Virus record (IMG/VR): IMGVR_UViG_3300044615_000294
Location: 1-64,000 of that record
Reading direction: 5' to 3' (one strand)
DNA length: 64,000 nucleotides
DNA from: a virus
Notes under the pieces: model-generated
Databases searched by the model: none
What the model was told of the DNA's origin: nothing
What the model saw: only the letters and a program-made list of their open reading frames with translations
Shown here: piece after piece, positions 27,345 to 36,955 of the stretch
Layout: each line of letters starts with the position of its first letter
Numbering within the stretch: position 1 is the stretch's first letter
Translations under genes and position numbers: made by a program

Positions 27345-28429
27345 TGGAGAGACAGGAAATACAAGATGAAGCTTTAAAGGCTACTGAGGGTAAACAGAAA
27401 TGCACTATTGTACTTGGTACAGGTGTAGGTAAAACTCTTGTAGGCTTAAAGCATATGGAGAAACATTATTCCCCATTGCAAAGTATTCTGATTGTTGCTC
27501 CCAAACTGTCTATCATTAGCTCATGGAGATATGAGGCTGAGAAATTTGGATTAAGTAACGTATTAGAAAATGCTACTTTCTCTACTTATCTTAGCTTAAA
27601 TAAACATAACCCTAATGACTTTGATGCAGTTTATTTTGATGAAGTGCATAGTTTATTAGATAGTCATAGACCATTTCTAAATAGTTTTACAGGGAGAGTG
27701 CTGGGTTTAACCGGCACTCCACCTAAACATAAAAACTCTGAGAAAGGTAGAATAGTATCTGAATATTGTCCAGTTGTCTTTACATTTAAGGCAGATGATG
27801 CAATAGAATCAGGTATTATTAATGATTATCAGATAATTGTGCATGAAGTTGATATAAGTACAGAAAAGAACTATAAAGTAGAGACAAAGAATAAATCATT
27901 TATGACTTCTGAAGCTCTAAATTATACTTATTGGGGTACAAGGATTGATACATCAGCGGGGCAAACTCACATACTTAGAGTAATGAGAATGAAAGCTATG
28001 ATGGAGTATCCAAGTAAAGAAAGATATGCTAGAGAACTATTAAAGAGTATTAATAGTAAGTGTATTGTATTTGCTAATACTCAAGATCAAGCAGATAGAA
28101 TGTGTACACATAGTTATCATAGTAATAACCCTGATTCTGAAACAAATTTGCAGGATTTTAAGGCTGGTAATATTACAAAGCTCTCATGTGTATTGCAATT
28201 AAATGAGGGTGTAAATATTCCAGGATTAAAACAGGGAATTATTATGCATGCATATGGGAATGAGCGTAAGGCTAGTCAGAGAATAGGAAGACTTTTGCGC
28301 TTAAACCCAAATGATAAAGCTATTGTGCACATACTATGTTATATAGGAACTGTAGATGAAAAGTGGGTTAAAGAAGCTTTGGAAGATTTTGATCAAAGCA
28401 AGATTGTGTGGCGGAAGTATAATCTATAA
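27344..28429 (+). CDS. Superfamily 2 (DExH) helicase
   Basis: GTGVGKT, DEVH, GLTGT, LNEGVNIP, QRIGRLLR. Confidence 0.9.
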   Translation: MERQEIQDEALKATEGKQKCTIVLGTGVGKTLVGLKHMEKHYSPLQSILIVAPKLSIISSWRYEAEKFGLSNVLENATFSTYLSLNKHNPNDFDAVYFDEVHSLLDSHRPFLNSFTGRVLGLTGTPPKHKNSEKGRIVSEYCPVVFTFKADDAIESGIINDYQIIVHEVDISTEKNYKVETKNKSFMTSEALNYTYWGTRIDTSAGQTHILRVMRMKAMMEYPSKERYARELLKSINSKCIVFANTQDQADRMCTHSYHSNNPDSETNLQDFKAGNITKLSCVLQLNEGVNIPGLKQGIIMHAYGNERKASQRIGRLLRLNPNDKAIVHILCYIGTVDEKWVKEALEDFDQSKIVWRKYNL

Positions 28430-28444
28430 TTAGTATATTATTAT

Positions 28445-28699
28445 ATGGAAGAAAGTGTAACACATAAGATTATTCTGCATAATGATGACAAGAACACATT
28501 TGCATATGTAATGGCTTGTCTTATAAGATTTTGTGAACACCATCCTACACAGGCAGAGCAGTGTGCTTTGCTTGTGCATGAGATGGGAAAGTGTACAGTA
28601 AAGTATGGAGATTTTCTTACTATGTTGGAAATTTCACAAAGTCTGCGTAATTTAGATCTCAAAACAACAGTAGAGGAAAATGCGGGCAATATGTATTGA
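28445..28699 (+). CDS. clpS: ClpS N-end rule adaptor
   Basis: KIILHNDDKNTFAYVMACL...AEQCALLVHEMGKC. Confidence 0.85.
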   Translation: MEESVTHKIILHNDDKNTFAYVMACLIRFCEHHPTQAEQCALLVHEMGKCTVKYGDFLTMLEISQSLRNLDLKTTVEENAGNMY

Positions 28700-28955
28700 T
28701 GCTTCAAATAAACCAAGCAAGGTACCTGATAATGAGTGGGTTATAGAGGGTGAAGTATATACTATCACAAGAGTGGTAAGAATGGGATTACAGGATAACA
28801 AGTTTGGCGTACTTCTTAAAGAAGTTAAACTATCATCAAACTCTTTTCCATATGAACTCTATGATGCAGAAAGATTCTTACCTATGGATTTATTATCACA
28901 GGCATTTGAAGAAACAAAAGAAACAGTTAAAGAAGCTGACTTAGAACTAATTTAA
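28680..28955 (+). CDS. Hypothetical protein
   Basis: ORF track. Confidence 0.6.
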   Translation: MRAICIDASNKPSKVPDNEWVIEGEVYTITRVVRMGLQDNKFGVLLKEVKLSSNSFPYELYDAERFLPMDLLSQAFEETKETVKEADLELI

Positions 28956-28960
28956 ATTTT

Positions 28961-29449
28961 ATGGGAGATGATGTGTTGGCACTTTATAAAGTTGCGAATA
29001 AAGATATTGTAGATATCATTGAGGAGTTTAATCTTACATCTACTACAAGGGAAAGAGGGACAGTATATAAAAGATACTATCTATATGATGTTTTAACAAA
29101 GAGAAGACATCTTACAACTGGTATGACTGGTAAGTTTTTTGGAAAAGATCATTCATCTGTTATTCATGGAATTAAACAACATGAGTTTTGGTGGAAGGTA
29201 AAGGACAAAGGATATATTTCTCAAGTAAATACAATACATGAAGCATTAAAGAATGAAGTTATTCATGATGGCAAGTATGGTATTGAAATAAAACATCTTG
29301 GTGAAGAGGAAACCAAAGTTATCATTACTGGCAACTTTGATTGGAGAGTATTGGAAAAACTTCCAAGTAGATTAACAAAAGAAGAATTAATTAAAATGTT
29401 TAAGGAACATGGGAAGAATGAAAGAAGCATTCATTCAAATAATGAATGA
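28961..29449 (+). CDS. DnaA C-terminal-like HTH protein
   Basis: GKFFGKDHSSVIHG resembles DnaA domain IV (GRDHTTVIH). Confidence 0.65.
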   Translation: MGDDVLALYKVANKDIVDIIEEFNLTSTTRERGTVYKRYYLYDVLTKRRHLTTGMTGKFFGKDHSSVIHGIKQHEFWWKVKDKGYISQVNTIHEALKNEVIHDGKYGIEIKHLGEEETKVIITGNFDWRVLEKLPSRLTKEELIKMFKEHGKNERSIHSNNE

Positions 29450-29630
29450 TAATAATGGTATACCAGAGGATATGACTCTGGCTGATTTCTTGAAAATGAA
29501 AGAATTAAATATCTATAATTGGCAAGAGTATGAAAGAGCGCAAGAAAGAACCAGATTACAATCTAATAAACAAACAGATCTGGGAGAGACTGCAAAAGAT
29601 TCTGAAGGAAAGTCCCTCAGAAGAAAGTAA
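29409..29630 (+). CDS. Hypothetical protein
   Basis: ORF track. Confidence 0.5.
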   Translation: MGRMKEAFIQIMNDNNGIPEDMTLADFLKMKELNIYNWQEYERAQERTRLQSNKQTDLGETAKDSEGKSLRRK

Positions 29631-29651
29631 AACAATTAAAAAACCAAAAAA

Positions 29652-30098
29652 ATGAAAAGTTTATTATTAAGTTTATCTTTAGTGTTAGTTAGTGTTTGTT
29701 ATTCACAAACAAAAGTTGTTACCAAGGAAAAAGAATATCTTGAATTACAAACACTAAAATATGAAATTTATTACGGCAGTACCAATACAAAGTATTATAC
29801 ATATACTTTTATGTCTGGATATGAATACCCAACTATACGGGAGGGTTATTACAGTTATGGTATTTTTACAAGATTGAGTGATTTAACTAAATTTTACACT
29901 GAGCTTTCTAACTTAGAAACTCAAGAAGATGGTTTATATAAGTTATCTCTAGTAGTATCAGGATTGGGTAATATTTATGCAGATAAATCATCTGAAAGAA
30001 TTACATTGCATAGTGAAAATAAAATCTTGAAATACAAAACATTCACAATGAGTGATATAAAAGAAGATTTAGAATTATTAAGTTCAATGCAAGAATAA
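29652..30098 (+). CDS. Secreted protein with Bacteroidota-type signal peptide
   Basis: MKSLLLSLSLVLVSVCYS-Q (Gln after the predicted cleavage site). Confidence 0.6.
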   Translation: MKSLLLSLSLVLVSVCYSQTKVVTKEKEYLELQTLKYEIYYGSTNTKYYTYTFMSGYEYPTIREGYYSYGIFTRLSDLTKFYTELSNLETQEDGLYKLSLVVSGLGNIYADKSSERITLHSENKILKYKTFTMSDIKEDLELLSSMQE

Positions 30099-30100
30099 TT

Positions 30101-30295
30101 GTGAAACACTTTGTTAAATATCTTATGGTATGGATAAGCCAAAACTTGTCCATACCTTTTTGGATGGTAGGGCATATACATTTATCCGTGAATGTATATG
30201 CTGACATCCATGAGATATTAATGTCTTTAGGTATGAACATCATAGTAGCTATAGGATTTACTATAGATTACTTAGAACAGAGAAAACAGAAATGA
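30101..30295 (+). CDS. Small membrane protein
   Basis: ORF track. Confidence 0.55.
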   Translation: MKHFVKYLMVWISQNLSIPFWMVGHIHLSVNVYADIHEILMSLGMNIIVAIGFTIDYLEQRKQK

Positions 30296-30654
30296 AAACA
30301 ATTTTATTATTAGTAATGCTATTTAGTTTTGCTGATCCAATCCCAACTGTTATTAAGGGTACGGTCAGCTATTATGGACAACATTGGACAGGTAGGAAAA
30401 CAGCATCAGGAGAAACATTTTATGCAGATAGTTTAACATGTGCACACAAGACTTACAAGTTTGGAACTTTATTAAAGGTGACAAACCTAAAGAATGATTC
30501 AGTAATATTTGTAAAGGTTAATGATAGACTACCAAAGTCATCACACTTTATTGCAGATTTAAGTTATGGATGTGCCAAGAAATTAAATTTTGTAAAGTCT
30601 GGAATAATATCTGTAACTTTAGAGATTGTTGATACAGTCAAAATAAACAAATGA
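30292..30654 (+). CDS. RlpA-like double-psi beta-barrel (lytic transglycosylase family) protein
   Basis: SYYG...GRKTASGE...TCAHKT..FGT.LKVTN...VKVNDR...IADLS; signal peptide. Confidence 0.85.
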   Translation: MKTILLLVMLFSFADPIPTVIKGTVSYYGQHWTGRKTASGETFYADSLTCAHKTYKFGTLLKVTNLKNDSVIFVKVNDRLPKSSHFIADLSYGCAKKLNFVKSGIISVTLEIVDTVKINK

Positions 30655-30887
30655 TTATGAGTGATATGACAATGTGCCATGGGTTTGATTGCCCGGTAAA
30701 AGAAAAATGTAAAAGATTCAGTTCTATACCTAATGAGCATTGGCAGGCATACTTCCTAAATCCACCATATACTATTACAGATAAGGTATTTGAATGTAAT
30801 ATGTTCTGGGGAGATACACAAGATGCTATTATGAAACAGCTAATGGGTATAGTTACTGGTAAAGATGGAGAAGAATTACCTGAATAA
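30651..30887 (+). CDS. Small Cys-rich protein
   Basis: DMTMCHGFDCPVKEKCKRF...C. Confidence 0.65.
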   Translation: MIMSDMTMCHGFDCPVKEKCKRFSSIPNEHWQAYFLNPPYTITDKVFECNMFWGDTQDAIMKQLMGIVTGKDGEELPE

Positions 30888-31015
30888 TATCAGGTTATAG
30901 GCTTATAAACTTAAAAAACTTGACAAATTTTAAGTCTATAAACTTTTTATTTTGTCGCAAATATGGGAGATACTTGCGACATAATTAATTGAGAAACCTT
31001 TAAACAACAAGACAT

Positions 31016-31264
31016 ATGAAAAAACAAACAGCAGTAGAGTGGTTAAGACGAGAAACTATACAATTACTTGCTCAAGCTATGCAAGGAACATTAAATATAG
31101 ATACACTTAAAGGTGATGTTTATAGAATAGTAACTCAAGCCAAAGAAATGGAGAAAGAGCAAATTGTAAATGCTTATAACGATTGTGAATGGACTGGGGA
31201 CCATGAAGATGGAGAACAATACTACAATGAAACCTTTAACAAATCAATTAATAATAAGGGGTAA
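31016..31264 (+). CDS. Hypothetical protein, QTAVEWL...KEMEKEQI family
   Basis: Recurrent Bacteroidota-phage small protein pattern. Confidence 0.65.
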   Translation: MKKQTAVEWLRRETIQLLAQAMQGTLNIDTLKGDVYRIVTQAKEMEKEQIVNAYNDCEWTGDHEDGEQYYNETFNKSINNKG

Positions 31265-31294
31265 AAGTTGCCCCATTAATAAAATAGAAATGAT

Positions 31295-31516
31295 ATGAAA
31301 GCAAAATTAACATTCAATCTACCGGAAGATCAAGCAGAATTTGATTTTGCTACACAAGGTAGTAATATGTACTCAGCATTATGGGATATATCTCAAGAGC
31401 TGAGAACACTATGGAAGTATGAAGAACTTAAGCAAGAAGAATGGGATATGGTAGAAAGAATCCGGAATAAGTTTTTTGAGATACTAGATGATAACCAGAT
31501 AAAATTAGATAAGTAA
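31295..31516 (+). CDS. Hypothetical protein
   Basis: MKAKLTFNLPED pattern. Confidence 0.65.
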   Translation: MKAKLTFNLPEDQAEFDFATQGSNMYSALWDISQELRTLWKYEELKQEEWDMVERIRNKFFEILDDNQIKLDK

Positions 31517-31534
31517 CTAAATAAACCAACACAT

Positions 31535-31753
31535 ATGATTATTTTAAGGAAAGGAGAGGACAAGCAGGGTTACAGAGTATTAATGGTAAAACTTACACCA
31601 ATGTCAGAGACAAGATTCTCTGTACAGAAGAAAGTTAAATTCTTATGGTTCTTTACTAGATGGGAAGATGTGTTAGATAAACACGGAATGCCCAAGATAT
31701 TTGATTCCAATAAGAATGCATCAGCTTTTATTAACTTTCAGAAACGTTGGTAG
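31535..31753 (+). CDS. Hypothetical protein
   Basis: ORF track. Confidence 0.55.
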   Translation: MIILRKGEDKQGYRVLMVKLTPMSETRFSVQKKVKFLWFFTRWEDVLDKHGMPKIFDSNKNASAFINFQKRW

Positions 31754-32610
31754 AGAAAGTTACTAGAAAAACTATGAAGATTAGACCAAGCGGGAGGAGC
31801 ACTGATTTCATTGCTCCTTCTTTTGGTCATGGCTGTTTGTATAACTGTTCTTACTGTTATATGAAGAGACATAAGCCGGAAGGATTATCTATAGCAACAA
31901 ATCCTATGGATATTCTGACAGCAATTAACAATCATGTTTGGTTTGCTGATGTTGAGAAGCCTAATCAAACAGGAGAATATATTACTTATGACATCTCATG
32001 CAATGAAGACTTTGCTTTACATGCTAAGTATCATGACTGGGAAAGAATATTTGAGTATTTTAGAGATCATCCACTTGCTATGGGTTCATTTGCTACTAAG
32101 TATGTGAATAAAGAATTTCTTAAGTTTAATCCACAAGGTAAGATTAGAATAAGGTTTAGTCTTATGCCTGAGCATTTAAGACAAATCTTAGAACCTAATA
32201 CTTCAACTATACCAGAAAGAATTAAGGCTGTTAAAAAATTTCAAGATGCTGGTTACGATGTTCATTTAAATTTTAGTCCGGTTATAGTAGAAAAAGATTG
32301 GTTGTTTTACTATGGATTTTTATTTAAAGAAATTGCAATTGCTGCTAAAGATATATTTAAGTGGAATGAAGGTGTCAAAGCAGAAGTAATATTTCTTACA
32401 CATAATGCAAAAAAACATGAGTATAATTTGGAACATAAAATTCCTGGCGAGGACCTTATTTGGAAGCCAGAAATCCAAGAAACCAAAATATCCCAGTATG
32501 GAGGAGAGAACATTAGATATGTATCATCAGACAAATCCAGATATATTGAAGAATTTAGAAAACTTCATGCTGATATTATACCCTGGAACACCATTAGGTA
32601 TATTTTCTAA
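31747..32610 (+). CDS. Spore photoproduct lyase-like radical SAM protein
   Basis: GCLYNCSYCY (CxxxCxxC), SFATKYVN, RIRFSLMP, ERIKA, VHLNFSPVI, YGGENIRY as in the SplB family. Confidence 0.85.
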   Translation: MVEKVTRKTMKIRPSGRSTDFIAPSFGHGCLYNCSYCYMKRHKPEGLSIATNPMDILTAINNHVWFADVEKPNQTGEYITYDISCNEDFALHAKYHDWERIFEYFRDHPLAMGSFATKYVNKEFLKFNPQGKIRIRFSLMPEHLRQILEPNTSTIPERIKAVKKFQDAGYDVHLNFSPVIVEKDWLFYYGFLFKEIAIAAKDIFKWNEGVKAEVIFLTHNAKKHEYNLEHKIPGEDLIWKPEIQETKISQYGGENIRYVSSDKSRYIEEFRKLHADIIPWNTIRYIF

Positions 32611-32620
32611 ACTAAAATTT

Positions 32621-33028
32621 ATGAGAGATACAAAAGAAATGCTAAAACTTGTGGCAGCAATTGCCGAAGAACATTATAATATTACTGATGGTGCAGATGG
32701 TAATCTGAACTACCTATGGTATATGTACCATAAAGGGTCTAAGAAGGATGAGTTCCGCCCTTTTGTATATATGGCCGAGTTAATGTTACTTAATAAGTAT
32801 AATTATCTAAATGATGCTGAGATAAGAAACATCATAAGCATGATGAAATCAGAAGATGGAGACAATCTTGCTATAGTAACATTAAGCATACAGAATCTAA
32901 GAGATTTAAGAATCAAAGAACACGGGATATATTCTAAAGAGAATGAAGTATACAAAGATTTAAAATATACATATGCTTTTGAAATTTTGAATCATACTGT
33001 GTTTATGCAAACAATGGCAGAAAAATAA
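32621..33028 (+). CDS. Hypothetical protein
   Basis: ATG at 32621 after an A-rich leader; the track's upstream extension overlaps the SPL-like gene. Confidence 0.6.
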   Translation: MRDTKEMLKLVAAIAEEHYNITDGADGNLNYLWYMYHKGSKKDEFRPFVYMAELMLLNKYNYLNDAEIRNIISMMKSEDGDNLAIVTLSIQNLRDLRIKEHGIYSKENEVYKDLKYTYAFEILNHTVFMQTMAEK

Positions 33029-33033
33029 ATAGA

Positions 33034-33210
33034 ATGGCAAATTTAAAAAAAGAGTATGTCATCAGGGAGATGAGACTTAAGAACAAAAATATAGCTGACA
33101 TGGTTCCAAGAGTAATTGAGGACTATGTTAAAACTAAATATAAGTGTTCAACTTATTTGGCCAAACAAATTTCTAAAGAATTAACAAATGACGGAACAAG
33201 AACTAGTTGA
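33034..33210 (+). CDS. Small basic protein (58 aa)
   Basis: Manual translation MANLKKEYVIREMRLKNK... Confidence 0.5.
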   Translation: MANLKKEYVIREMRLKNKNIADMVPRVIEDYVKTKYKCSTYLAKQISKELTNDGTRTS

Positions 33211-33451
33211 CTTTGGCTTTGATAAAGTAGAAGTCACAGATAATGAAAGCCAGAACGGCTATGATTATTATTATTATATATTAGATTTATTACCAGGTCT
33301 AAGTTTAATTTCATCAGCAAGTGATGAAAGCCTAGATGGTGAATGGAAGGTATATAACTTTGATTGGGATACTAAATCAGAATTAGCTAAACCTGCTATA
33401 GAGCATCTGATCCAGGTTGCAGTCCATCAAGGGTATCAACGTCATCAGTAA
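33188..33451 (+). CDS. Acidic hypothetical protein
   Basis: ORF track. Confidence 0.6.
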   Translation: MTEQELVDFGFDKVEVTDNESQNGYDYYYYILDLLPGLSLISSASDESLDGEWKVYNFDWDTKSELAKPAIEHLIQVAVHQGYQRHQ

Positions 33452-33707
33452 TTTTAGATAGCTGTGCTTTTTCTGCTAGGATGTTAAACATTATCATAGC
33501 AGCAGCAGACTTATAACAATCATCTATTTCAGTTTGAACTATATCCATAGGAACGGGAGTTGTTAAAACTTCTCCTGTTCTTAAATGGATTCTAGTACCT
33601 GCATCAGTATTCCTTACATTAACAAATGAGGTTCTGGTAATGTGAGTTATATTGAGATGCTCAATATACTCTCCATCTTTGTCTTTTAGTACTATTGGTA
33701 GGAACAT
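33396..33707 (-). CDS. Hypothetical protein
   Basis: Coupled to the upstream phosphoesterase gene. Confidence 0.6.
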   Translation of the reverse strand: MFLPIVLKDKDGEYIEHLNITHITRTSFVNVRNTDAGTRIHLRTGEVLTTPVPMDIVQTEIDDCYKSAAAMIMFNILAEKAQLSKITDDVDTLDGLQPGSDAL

Positions 33708-34732
33708 TAGATAATTGTGTTGTCTTCTATTTTGTAATTATTTACGGACACTAAATTATCAATTTTTGTTAGAATAGCAAACCCATGGTTCCATTCATTT
33801 ATTTCCATGTAATCTGGTGCTAGTTCACATAGACATCCAAGACTGTATGCTCTTATTGTACTAGACTCACCAGTTCCATAAACTCTTTGTGAGCTTTGAG
33901 AACTTTTATGAAAGTGATTTACAATACAATTGGTTTTAAGTCTCATTAAAGCAGTTCTTGCTGGTACTACACCACCTGCTCCAGGAATCTTATCACCATG
34001 CTCTATAAGGAAGTCACCAAAGATAACTTTGGTTCTGAATGGAAGATACTCTATTTTGTATTCAGCAACATGTAAGATTACATCTAACCTGAATTCATCC
34101 ATGTCAAGTAACTCAGATGCTTTTATTCTAAGATATCTTTCAAACCTGTTCTCATGGTTACCTGGTATAAAGTAAATGGGAATGTCTGGGAATCTAGAGC
34201 GAATATATTCAAAGAACTGTTTACCGGCTTCTATTTCATTTTTAAAGTGAACCTTTCTAGGATCTTTCTCATGGAAAGAAAGCTGATAGAAGTCTAATAA
34301 GTCTCCATTGATTAAGATGCTGTCCACGCCTTCTGCTTCCATTTTATCACAAGCAGTTTCTATAGCATCTTCATCATGGTATGGTATATGGAGATCACCA
34401 ATAACACCAAGTTTTCTACATCCTGTAGGGAATGTAAATGTTCCTCTTTTTTCTGATAAGGATGTAGGTAGGGATACAAAATTTTGCATTACTTTTGTTT
34501 TAAGTTCTTTTTGAAACTCTTTATTGTTTAAATGTTTTCTGTGATAATTTCCCATTTGACCTCTATAGTATCTTACTCTACTGTATACATTTTCAAAGGC
34601 TATAAAGTAAGCTTCATTTTCAGAATAGATTTTTTTTGCTAGAGTTTTACTTGGTGATTTAGGAAATTTTTCAAGATATTCTAAAATAATTTTAGTTGTC
34701 TCTTTAGCATTGTTGGATAATTTGTTTTCCAT
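33707..34732 (-). CDS. Calcineurin-like metallophosphoesterase with N-terminal HTH-like region
   Basis: GDLHIPYH, NGDLLD, GNHE, HGD, HFH motifs. Confidence 0.85.
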   Translation of the reverse strand: MENKLSNNAKETTKIILEYLEKFPKSPSKTLAKKIYSENEAYFIAFENVYSRVRYYRGQMGNYHRKHLNNKEFQKELKTKVMQNFVSLPTSLSEKRGTFTFPTGCRKLGVIGDLHIPYHDEDAIETACDKMEAEGVDSILINGDLLDFYQLSFHEKDPRKVHFKNEIEAGKQFFEYIRSRFPDIPIYFIPGNHENRFERYLRIKASELLDMDEFRLDVILHVAEYKIEYLPFRTKVIFGDFLIEHGDKIPGAGGVVPARTALMRLKTNCIVNHFHKSSQSSQRVYGTGESSTIRAYSLGCLCELAPDYMEINEWNHGFAILTKIDNLVSVNNYKIEDNTII

Positions 34733-34763
34733 AAGTACATTATAATATACAAAAAATAATCAT

Positions 34764-35138
34764 ATGTTTAGTTTCAAACTTACAAAGAAGAATGGAAATT
34801 TAGTGCATATTAATGAAAGCACAAAGATTTCTTATCAATTATTTCTTGATAAACTTCAAGAGGGTCAGGAAGTTGAGGTCTTTATGGGACTGACTTCAGA
34901 CAATGGTAGCTTAGCACAACTAGCTAAGATACATGCATGCATTAGAGAATTAGCCAAAGAATCAGGCTATACATTTGATGAGATGAAATTTATAGTTAAA
35001 AAGCATTCAGGCCTCTGTTATGATGGAGGTGGTGCAGAATACTGTAAATCTTTTAAAGAATGTAGTAAAGATGAATTAGCAATGGCAATAGAATCTGCTA
35101 TTGAAATTGGAAGAGATTTAAATATTAATCTTGCTTAA
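34764..35138 (+). CDS. Hypothetical protein (NinB-like)
   Basis: SLAQLAKIHACIRELAKESGYTFDEMK pattern. Confidence 0.55.
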   Translation: MFSFKLTKKNGNLVHINESTKISYQLFLDKLQEGQEVEVFMGLTSDNGSLAQLAKIHACIRELAKESGYTFDEMKFIVKKHSGLCYDGGGAEYCKSFKECSKDELAMAIESAIEIGRDLNINLA

Positions 35139-35436
35139 CAGCAGACTTAATTACGTCATCTATATCTTTTTCTTCAAATTGATTTGTTTTATCAGCTTGA
35201 GCTTCTATTTCAGCTAATAAAAGAAAAATAGTTTTAAATGCAAACTCTTGTTCTGTATGTGGATCATTATCTGAATTTTTATCTGTTACTTTTTTGATAA
35301 GTTCAGTAATTTTTTCATTATCAAGCTCTTGCTTAAAAATGTACATCAGAGTTTTCTTTAACATTAGATAAAACACTTTATTGATTTTGATTTCAATAAT
35401 TGCATTATCTTTTATTTCTTTAACCTTTTCACCCAT
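35125..35436 (-). CDS. Hypothetical protein
   Basis: Own TAAATTTG element at 35453-35460. Confidence 0.6.
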   Translation of the reverse strand: MGEKVKEIKDNAIIEIKINKVFYLMLKKTLMYIFKQELDNEKITELIKKVTDKNSDNDPHTEQEFAFKTIFLLLAEIEAQADKTNQFEEKDIDDVIKSAVKQD

Positions 35437-35467
35437 AGTATTAATCTTTTAACAAATTTAATAAAAA

Positions 35468-36181
35468 ATGAAGATAGAATTAGAAATTGATAGTTTTAAA
35501 CAAAAAATATTTGAAAAACTACAACCAAGTGGTTGGGGTACTGTGTTTAAATCTTATATATTTAGTAGTGATTTTGAAGAGTTACTTACTAGATTATATA
35601 AAATGTCAAGCAGTGGAGAAAGATTCACTCCAGGATTGAAAGATGTGTTTAGAGCATTTGAAGAATGTCCTTATGATGAATTAAAGCTAGTAGTTGTGGG
35701 TCAAGATCCATATCCTACATTAGGTGTGGCAGATGGTATTGCATTTAGTTGTAGTAAGACAAATGCATTGCAGCCTAGTCTACGGTATATGCTTGATGAG
35801 ATTAATAGAACTATCTATAATGGTGAACAGCTATCTACAGATGTTGATTTAACCAGATGGTCAAACCAGGGTATACTAATGCTTAATACATCTCTCACAA
35901 CTGAAGTGGGTAAAATAGGAAAGCACTATCATGTATGGGAAGGATTTGTTGGATTTTTATTTGACCATCTTAATCATAATAAAAAAGAACTTACATATCT
36001 TTACCTGGGTAAAAAAGCACAAGAGTGGGCAGAATATGTTGGAGATAATAACCACAAAGTATTTGCAAGCCATCCAGCAAGTGCAGCTTACAACAAACAG
36101 AGAGAGTGGAATTCAGATAATGCATTCTTAAAGGTGCAACATCTAGTTGCAGAAACAACAGGATATAATATTAATTGGTAG
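35468..36181 (+). CDS. ung: Uracil-DNA glycosylase family 1
   Basis: GQDPY, GIAFS, PSL, QGILMLN, HPAS motifs. Confidence 0.92.
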   Translation: MKIELEIDSFKQKIFEKLQPSGWGTVFKSYIFSSDFEELLTRLYKMSSSGERFTPGLKDVFRAFEECPYDELKLVVVGQDPYPTLGVADGIAFSCSKTNALQPSLRYMLDEINRTIYNGEQLSTDVDLTRWSNQGILMLNTSLTTEVGKIGKHYHVWEGFVGFLFDHLNHNKKELTYLYLGKKAQEWAEYVGDNNHKVFASHPASAAYNKQREWNSDNAFLKVQHLVAETTGYNINW

Positions 36182-36182
36182 T

Positions 36183-36770
36183 ATGGAAGATATATTTTTA
36201 AAATTTGTTAGGGAGAAAATAACACCCAATAGTTATTATGTTTTGCATTGTATAAAGAATAAGATGGTACCATCTTCATTTGTAAACAAGGAATTAGAAA
36301 CTAAAAGATTAATATCTGAAAATTGGATAAATGATGACTTGTCATTAACAGATAAAAGTATTATCTTTACTACTGAAATTGAAGGCTTCTTTAAGAAGTC
36401 TAAAAAGAAAACATCTAGAAACTTACTGGGAGATAATTTTGAAGACAGCATTAAGAAGTATACTGAAATATTTCCTGCCGTCAAGTTATCTAGTGGTAAG
36501 TACGCAAGATCTAATCCTAAAAACTTAGAGAATGCATTTAGATGGTTCTTTGAAACTTATGATTATGACTGGGAAATAGTTTTGTTAGCAACAAAGAAAT
36601 ATGTTTTGGAATACAGAGAGATTAGTTATCAATATATGAGAACATCTCAATATTTTATTAGAAAGCAAAACACAGACAAAACTTGGGACTCAGATTTAGC
36701 TGATTATTGTGAAATGATTATAAACAAACCAGATGATGAGATAATATTTATTAAAGAAAGACTATTTTGA
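36183..36770 (+). CDS. Hypothetical protein (possible replication initiator or helicase loader)
   Basis: Near DnaB; ATG at 36183. Confidence 0.5.
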   Translation: MEDIFLKFVREKITPNSYYVLHCIKNKMVPSSFVNKELETKRLISENWINDDLSLTDKSIIFTTEIEGFFKKSKKKTSRNLLGDNFEDSIKKYTEIFPAVKLSSGKYARSNPKNLENAFRWFFETYDYDWEIVLLATKKYVLEYREISYQYMRTSQYFIRKQNTDKTWDSDLADYCEMIINKPDDEIIFIKERLF

Positions 36771-36955
36771 TACATATAAATTTAAAGAAGTTACTTATTG
36801 GGATTATTGGGAGTGTGTGTTTGTATCTAATAATTAACAATTACATTATAGAAGTGAGCATTTTACAGTATGTAGCTATAGAAGCTATAATTACTTTGTC
36901 TCACTATTTATATGAAAGAATTCAACCTTCAATAGAAGGTACTCCAGAAGATTAA
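36767..36955 (+). CDS. Small membrane protein
   Basis: Two hydrophobic segments. Confidence 0.5.
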   Translation: MIHINLKKLLIGIIGSVCLYLIINNYIIEVSILQYVAIEAIITLSHYLYERIQPSIEGTPED

